Positions 58,074 to 64,000 of a stretch of DNA of 64,000 bases are shown one piece after another. How positions within the stretch are numbered: position 1 is the stretch's first letter; every line of letters starts with the position of its first letter. The notes below the pieces were generated by a model. It saw only the letters and a list, made by a program, of their open reading frames with translations, was not told the DNA's origin and ran no database searches. Source of the stretch: Candidatus Zambryskiibacteriota bacterium. Its GTDB lineage: Bacteria > Patescibacteriota > Minisyncoccia > Phycocordibacterales > Zambryskibacteraceae. Made by a program: the position numbers and the translations under genes. The DNA lies in NCBI GenBank assembly GCA_016180955.1, contig JACPAD010000001.1, positions 75,516-139,515 on the forward strand. The letters are read 5' to 3'.

Positions 58074-60032
58074 ATGAAGCAAGATTACAAAGATCCGTTT
58101 ATAGGCACGGTACGCGTCACAGGCAAAGGTGTCGGCTACTTTTCTTTACCCGCCGAAGCTAGGGCGTTGGCGGGCCTATTACCTAATGAAGATTTCGAAA
58201 TCCAGCCAGAGAATATCAATGCCGCGCTAAACCGCGACACCGTGCGTATAGAAGATTTAAAGAAAGAATTATTTGGCAGGAAGCAGGCTAAGGTAGTCGA
58301 GATTATCGAGCGCTACAAGACAGAATTCGTCGGCACTCTAGAGAAAGCTGATTCGCCGGCTGGCGGATTCTTTCTTGTGCCGGATGACAAGAGGATGTAT
58401 CGGGATATCTATGTCCCATTCGACTCCGCTCAAGGCGCCTCCGGGGGAGAAAAGGCGCAGGTAAAAATTACCGAATGGCCCGACTCGTCGAAAAGTCCGA
58501 AAGGAGAAGTAATGCGAGTCATCGGAGTAGCCGGGGAACACAACGCTGAGATGCTCGGCATTGTGTTCGAGTCTGGCTTCGAAGTGGACTTCCCCGCGGA
58601 AGTTGAGAATGAAGCGCAGGCTTGGAAAAAGAAGTATGAGAAGGAAGACAAATTGAAAGACCGCAAAGATTTCCGGGAAGTGACAACTTTTACCATCGAC
58701 CCCGCAGACGCCAAGGACTTCGACGATGCCATTTCCTTCAAAGTGCTGCCTAACGGAGATTATGAAGTCGGTATCCACATCGCTGACGTCTCACACTTCG
58801 TAGTGCCGAAGACCGAGCTCGATAAAGAAGCTCGTAAGCGCGGCACCTCCATCTATCTCGTGGACCGCACTATTCCAATGCTGCCGGAGATTCTATCAAA
58901 TGACCTCTGCTCTCTTAACCCGAACGAGCCGAAATACGCCTTTTCCGCCGTCTTTGTGATGAACAAGGAGGCGCAGGTCAAGGAGCGCTGGTTCGGCAAG
59001 ACTCTTATTGAGTCCGACAAGCGCTTCACTTACGAAGAGGCGCAGGAGATTTTGGACCAAAAATCTGGAATTTTTTATGAAGAACTAAATATCTTAAACG
59101 GACTGGCTTATAAACTACGCGAAGAGAAGTTTAGAAAAGGCGCCATCGACTTCGAGACCGAGGAGGTGAAGTTTGTGCTCGACGAGCTCGGCAAACCGAT
59201 TCGAGTGTACCGCAAGGAGCGCAAGGATACTCACAAACTCATAGAAGATTTCATGCTTTTAGCCAACCGCGAAGTAGCCACTTACATGAGTGCCGTTAAC
59301 CCCGAGCTAAGTCGAGGGGCCTTCGTCTACCGCATCCATGACACTCCGGACAGAGAAAAAATCCTCAATCTCGCCACCTTTGTCAAAGCGCTTGGCTTCG
59401 AGCTCAATAATAAAGAGGGGGAAACAACGGCTAGAGATATCGCTCAGATGCTCCGCTCGGTCGAAGGTACTTCTGCGGAAATGCTTGTCAAAACTGCCGC
59501 AGTGCGAGCCATGTCGAAAGCAATATACTCCACTTCAAACATCGGCCACTTCGGGTTGGCTTTCGAATACTACACCCACTTCACTTCTCCCATTCGCCGC
59601 TACCCTGACCTCATGGTGCATCGCTTGCTCTACCGATTCCTAAACAAAGGCCAGATCGAGCAAGATGAGGTCGTGAAGTATCAGAAGCTTTGCGACGACT
59701 CAAGCGAGCGCGAGATGGAAGCGGCAGAGGCCGAACGCGCTTCCATAAAGTACAAGCAAGTCGAATATATGCAGGAGCGCGTGGGTGAAATGTTTGACGC
59801 TATCATCTCCGGTATTTCAGAATGGGGTATTTATGTCGAAGAAGTCAATACTAAGGCCGAAGGCATGGTCAAGCTCCGCGATATGAAAGATGATTTCTAC
59901 GAATTGAACGAGAAGTTATACGCCATTGTCGGCAAAAATACCGGCAAGAAATATTCTCTCGGCGACCACCTCCGCGTTAAACTCATCGCCGCCGACCTGG
60001 AAAGGAAAATGCTGGACTTCGTGTTTGTGTAA
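58074..60032 (+). CDS. rnr: Ribonuclease R
   Basis: TIDPADAKDFDDA, HIADVS, HFTSPIRRYPDL, S1 domain; true start at ATG 58074. Confidence 0.97.
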   Translation: MKQDYKDPFIGTVRVTGKGVGYFSLPAEARALAGLLPNEDFEIQPENINAALNRDTVRIEDLKKELFGRKQAKVVEIIERYKTEFVGTLEKADSPAGGFFLVPDDKRMYRDIYVPFDSAQGASGGEKAQVKITEWPDSSKSPKGEVMRVIGVAGEHNAEMLGIVFESGFEVDFPAEVENEAQAWKKKYEKEDKLKDRKDFREVTTFTIDPADAKDFDDAISFKVLPNGDYEVGIHIADVSHFVVPKTELDKEARKRGTSIYLVDRTIPMLPEILSNDLCSLNPNEPKYAFSAVFVMNKEAQVKERWFGKTLIESDKRFTYEEAQEILDQKSGIFYEELNILNGLAYKLREEKFRKGAIDFETEEVKFVLDELGKPIRVYRKERKDTHKLIEDFMLLANREVATYMSAVNPELSRGAFVYRIHDTPDREKILNLATFVKALGFELNNKEGETTARDIAQMLRSVEGTSAEMLVKTAAVRAMSKAIYSTSNIGHFGLAFEYYTHFTSPIRRYPDLMVHRLLYRFLNKGQIEQDEVVKYQKLCDDSSEREMEAAEAERASIKYKQVEYMQERVGEMFDAIISGISEWGIYVEEVNTKAEGMVKLRDMKDDFYELNEKLYAIVGKNTGKKYSLGDHLRVKLIAADLERKMLDFVFV

Positions 60033-60100
60033 ATTCCACCCACAGGTGTCAACCTGCCAGGTTGACACCTTGGGTGGACTGGCCTTTTTCTTTTCTGATT

Positions 60101-61906
60101 CTACTTAGCAACTTCGACAGCTTCATCAAAGGAAATAGAAAGAACTTTGGAGATACCACTCGAGCCCATAGTGACGCCGTAGATGACACCGGCGCGCAAC
60201 ATAGTTTCGCGGTTGTGGGTTATTAAAATAAGCTGGGAATATTTAGAAAGTGTCTCGACTAAATCCCCATATTTTTTTGAATTGGCTTCATCGAGAGCGG
60301 CATCGGTTTCATCAAGGATAATGAACGGCGGTGGATTAACAGCCGATATGGCAAAGATAAGCGCAATGGAAGTAAGCGCTCTCTCCCCGCCGGAGAGCAT
60401 CATCAGGCCCTTAACCTTCTTCCTCGGTAAATTTACTCTAATCTCTAAGCCTTCCTCCTTCGCTAAAGTTTCCGCCAATGCTAAAGCAGTGGCGGACAGG
60501 TCGGAGGACAAGTCTTCATCTTCCTTTGCTTCTTGTGTTAAAACAAGTTCTGCAACACCTCCGCCAAACATTTGGGCAAAAAGCTTCTGGAATTCTTTGT
60601 TGATATTGTCGAGCCCTGCTTTAAACTCCGTTCTAAGCCTCTCCTCGAGATCCCTGATGAGACCCTTAAGCGTATCGGCAGACTTCTCCAGATCGAGGAG
60701 CTCCTTGGTGAGAAATTCGTCCCGCTCGGAAGTCTCGCGATACTCCTTCATCATCTCATCCGATCCCATTGTGTTAGAATCTTCGAAGCGAATCTTTAAC
60801 CTTTCGAGCATTTTTCTTCTTTCTTCCTGTTTAGCTTGGTCTTCTTTATAAACTCCCGGTGTCCATGAAATTTTCCCAACTAAGCGCTCCAAATCTTGCA
60901 ATTCTTTTTTAAACTCTGCCTCTTCGAGTTCTTGGCGCTGCTTTTTTAACTTTTCTATCCTCGCTTTGGCTTCGGCCAAATTTTCTAGATTGCTATCGTG
61001 CTTTCTCTCGTGAATGAATTCTCCGATTCTTTTTATAATTGCTCCTACTTCTCCTAACAAACTCACTTCCTGATACAAATTCTCAACTTCTTTAAGTCGC
61101 ACGGTTTTGTGTTCATTCGATTGTAACTGCTTCCTTTCCCTCTCTAACATCTTCTCCTCGGTTATGATAATGCCATCAAGTTTGGCGAGTTCAGGTGAAG
61201 TTGGTATTTTGTGTTGAAAGTATTCCTTGGCAAGACTGACGAGTTCTTCACGCAGACTCTCAGTTTTTTCAAGCTTCTCAACCTGCTTTTGTAAGAATCT
61301 TAAATGCGGGGCAACTTCCTTTTTGAGCGCTTCCACTTGGGCGATATTTTCGAAGGTTTTCTCAAGCTTCCTTTCGCTCTCCAGCCGCTTGTATTGATAG
61401 AGCTTTAGGCCTAAGGCATCTTCGACCATACTTTTACGATCTACAGCCTTGGCGGAAATAATTTTGTCCGCCTCGCCTTGGGAAATGATGTGGTGGCCGG
61501 AAGTTCCGATGTGAGCTTTGGCCAGAAGTTCAATGATATCCTTCAACCGCACGGATGAACCGTTGACAAAATAATCATTGACTCCGTCGCGGTGCACTAC
61601 GCGTTCGATAGTCACTTCAGGGAAATCGATATCGAAGATCTTGTGTTCGTTATCAAAAGTAACCTTCACTCCCGCCATACCCGCTCGTGGTGAGTCTGTC
61701 GAACCATTCCAGATGAGATCCTCGCCGCGCTTGCCGCGCATGCTCTTGATACTCTGCTCCCCCAATACAAATCTGAACGCCTCCGCGACATTACTCTTAC
61801 CAGACCCATTGGGCCCCACAATAGCCGAAATCGGGGTATTAAATTCAAAAGAGTTCTTCTTGGCAAAAGATTTAAATCCCGATAACTCTATCGATTTTAG
61901 ATACAT
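60101..61906 (-). CDS. smc: Short SMC-family ATPase (601 aa)
   Basis: GFKSFA, GPNGSGKSN, SQG, LSGGE, LDETDAALD, ITH. Confidence 0.92.
   Translation of the reverse strand: MYLKSIELSGFKSFAKKNSFEFNTPISAIVGPNGSGKSNVAEAFRFVLGEQSIKSMRGKRGEDLIWNGSTDSPRAGMAGVKVTFDNEHKIFDIDFPEVTIERVVHRDGVNDYFVNGSSVRLKDIIELLAKAHIGTSGHHIISQGEADKIISAKAVDRKSMVEDALGLKLYQYKRLESERKLEKTFENIAQVEALKKEVAPHLRFLQKQVEKLEKTESLREELVSLAKEYFQHKIPTSPELAKLDGIIITEEKMLERERKQLQSNEHKTVRLKEVENLYQEVSLLGEVGAIIKRIGEFIHERKHDSNLENLAEAKARIEKLKKQRQELEEAEFKKELQDLERLVGKISWTPGVYKEDQAKQEERRKMLERLKIRFEDSNTMGSDEMMKEYRETSERDEFLTKELLDLEKSADTLKGLIRDLEERLRTEFKAGLDNINKEFQKLFAQMFGGGVAELVLTQEAKEDEDLSSDLSATALALAETLAKEEGLEIRVNLPRKKVKGLMMLSGGERALTSIALIFAISAVNPPPFIILDETDAALDEANSKKYGDLVETLSKYSQLILITHNRETMLRAGVIYGVTMGSSGISKVLSISFDEAVEVAK
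60453..60512. repeat. Nested 30+30-bp palindromic elements in-frame in smc
   Basis: tcctccttcgctaaagtt[tccgccaatgctaaagcagtggcggacagg]tcggaggacaag. Confidence 0.8.
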
Positions 61907-62118
61907 GCAAAAGATATTTTACCACAACGGCTCAACTTAATAAGATTTATACGATTTAATTGTCCTATAGGCAGATTAAATCGTATATGTTAATTTTACG
62001 CGGCCGTATTATTTTAACGTATGTCTATATATACATTATAACGATGCTATAGCTTTCTTATAATGTATTAAGTAATTTTTAAAAAACGAGAGGCGGACCA
62101 CGAAGGTCCGCCATGGAA

Positions 62119-62490
62119 CTACCGACCGCCGCTGTTGCGAAACGAGTGAGTCCTACCCGATACACGCCCAGAAGCAGGCAGGTCGTAGTTAGCCGCCTTA
62201 ATGAACTTGGTAGTGCGACAACGAGAGACGGGCTCGCGCCGACATTCCATTTCTGCTTGGCGCCCAACTTTGCCCTTTTCATAAGCGAGAGTGAGCTCGT
62301 CAAGATCAACGCCGTACGCAAGAGCAATCACGGGTAGCCTCTTTCGCGCCGGAAACCCGTTATAGGTATGCCATGCGCCCAAGCATTTCATACCTATTTC
62401 GCTTTCTAGCTGAGTGAAGTTTTTTCCCACTTTCGCTTTTGCTTCCGACAAAAAATCGCCGAAAGCTTTGTAATCGTCGATTTCTGCCAT
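62119..62490 (-). CDS. Xre-like HTH protein (orphan cassette)
   Basis: FGDFL...L..EIG...W...P....L..IA.AYGV; GAGG SD; hairpin at 62093..62113. Confidence 0.65.
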   Translation of the reverse strand: MAEIDDYKAFGDFLSEAKAKVGKNFTQLESEIGMKCLGAWHTYNGFPARKRLPVIALAYGVDLDELTLAYEKGKVGRQAEMECRREPVSRCRTTKFIKAANYDLPASGRVSGRTHSFRNSGGR

Positions 62491-62526
62491 GTGCACCTCT
62501 AGAGAAATCTTACAATATTAAATTTA

Positions 62527-63216
62527 TTATTTCCACCCATTCTTCTCAAGTGCATCACGAGCGGCTTTTTGTTCGGCGTCTTGCTTGGACTTGCCTTCCC
62601 CTTCACCATAGACTTCGTTACCTACAGAGACACTGACGATGAAGTGCTTGTCGTGGTCGGGACCAGATTCGCGGATGGTTTTGTAAACAGGAGTGAAGCC
62701 CTTAAGCTCCTGCGCTTTCTCCTGGAAAAACGATTTAGCATCAATCCAAGTGCCTTCCCTAATAATTTCTTCCATCAATGGCGCCACGTGCATCAATATA
62801 AAATTTTTCGCCACTTCATAATTCTGGTCTAGATATATTGCGCCGATGACTGCTTCCAGAGTATTAGCCAAGATGTATTGGCGCGCCCGGCCGGTATCTT
62901 TGGCCTCCCCTTTCGAAAGCAGGAGAAATTCATTGGCTCCCAGAGCAGTGGCTACGCGTGCGCAAGTATCGGCATTGACCAGAGCCGAGCGCAAAGCTGT
63001 CATCTCGCCTTCAGCACTCTCCCTCATGCGGCCGTAAAGGTAGTCCGTAATGACAAGCTCCAGCACTGCATCGCCGAGAAATTCCAGCCGCTCATTGTGC
63101 TCGAGTCCGGAGTCGCGGTTCTCGTTGATATAAGAGCGATGCGTAAAAGCTTGCTTCAATAAGCGTTCGTCCTTAAACTTCACCCCCGCTGTTTCTTCAA
63201 ATTTAGAAAAATCCAT
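62527..63216 (-). CDS. rnc: Ribonuclease III
   Basis: HNERLEFLGDAVL, dsRBD GPDH..F, SKQDAEQ.AA. Confidence 0.98.
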   Translation of the reverse strand: MDFSKFEETAGVKFKDERLLKQAFTHRSYINENRDSGLEHNERLEFLGDAVLELVITDYLYGRMRESAEGEMTALRSALVNADTCARVATALGANEFLLLSKGEAKDTGRARQYILANTLEAVIGAIYLDQNYEVAKNFILMHVAPLMEEIIREGTWIDAKSFFQEKAQELKGFTPVYKTIRESGPDHDKHFIVSVSVGNEVYGEGEGKSKQDAEQKAARDALEKNGWK

Positions 63217-63304
63217 ATAGCGATACTAATCTACAAATGCATGCGAATTATACTAATGGAATTCCTATTCGTTTTATTCGTGTACATTCGCATATTGGTA
63301 TCGA

Positions 63305-64000
63305 TTACTTGCCTTCGGCAAGTTTGGTCAGAGCCTTGGTCACGATTGGCAGAATATCATCATAGAAATTAAGGTCAAGGATATCGGCAAGCTTAAACCA
63401 GCGCACGTCATCGAGCCCGCCCTTTTCTTCCTTCTGTTCGAGAGTCAGTTCCATAAAGGGCGCTTCGGCGAGAAAGTATGAGACATGCTTTACAATCTTG
63501 CCTTTTTCTGGGTGATAAGTCGAATAAGAATTTTCGCCCAACGGCTCCACAATCTTGATCGGAATTCCCAGTTCTTCTTTAACCTCTCGGATGAGACCTT
63601 CTTCAGTAGTCTCGTTGGCAATCTCCGGACTATCTCCTATCTTGCCTTTGGAAAGAGTCCAGTGGCCGAAGATGTCATGGACGAGCGCCAGATAAATATT
63701 CCCTTTGTGCTTGGCATAGACGACTGCCCCAGCGAGTCTCTCAACAGGCAACTGGTTAAGAGGAACATTGCCGTATTTTTTCTTCGGCTTGGATTGATCA
63801 TTTTTACCCGGCTCACCCATCTCTTTATAAACTGCGCCGAGAACACCGTTGACGAATTTGCCGGAAGTCTCGCCGCCGAAACTTTTGGCAAGCTCGATCG
63901 CTTCATTGATTGCCACTTTCGGCGGCACTTCGCGCCTATCAGCAAACAAAAGTTCCGCGAGTCCTATACGCAAAATGTTCCTGTCCACCGGCGCAATCTT
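63305..64000 (-). CDS. nusB: NusB fused to a C-terminal NUDIX domain (5' end beyond window)
   Basis: [29 protein letters not shown], then KG...REVKEELG. Confidence 0.93.
   Translation of the reverse strand, partial: KIAPVDRNILRIGLAELLFADRREVPPKVAINEAIELAKSFGGETSGKFVNGVLGAVYKEMGEPGKNDQSKPKKKYGNVPLNQLPVERLAGAVVYAKHKGNIYLALVHDIFGHWTLSKGKIGDSPEIANETTEEGLIREVKEELGIPIKIVEPLGENSYSTYHPEKGKIVKHVSYFLAEAPFMELTLEQKEEKGGLDDVRWFKLADILDLNFYDDILPIVTKALTKLAEGK

Noticed and set aside
1-64000. Alternative genetic code (UGA=Gly, as in Gracilibacteria/Absconditabacteria)
   Set aside because: Conserved genes are intact in code 11 and several end at TGA (dprA, infB, miaA).

Overview
This looks like chromosomal DNA from a reduced-genome Candidate Phyla Radiation (Patescibacteria, probably Parcubacteria) bacterium using code 11. 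The assignment is inferred from the short IF-2, mini-SMC, NusB-NUDIX fusion, SD-poor core genes and tRNAs mostly lacking encoded CCA. The backbone carries lemA, groEL/ES, secG, rnj, ftsEX, dnaX, ftsQ-like, serS, dprA, topA, parB, miaA, clpB, infB, rbfA, rnr, smc, rnc, nusB and 10 tRNAs. Accessory content: (1) a ~9 kb island at tRNA-Gln(CTG). Its large serine recombinase and a DUF5343-like + Swt1-type HEPN pair lie between perfect 84-bp inverted repeats. Further cargo (NTase/VOC, GIY-YIG, EcoRI-family MTase + DUF262-HNH, two wHTH genes) is bracketed by a repeated structured 34-bp motif. (2) A dispersed set of orphan genes with strong Shine-Dalgarno sites and GC-rich hairpin terminators, including a regulator-less sigma-54 activator. 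(3) Several families of tiny palindromic or heptamer repeats inserted in-frame into housekeeping genes (groES, rnr, miaA, smc, ftsQ, infB). (4) Large secreted proteins and a CHASE2/FecR two-component module. No CRISPR array, rRNA or reverse transcriptase was seen. Family assignments come from motif recognition only; no searches were run.
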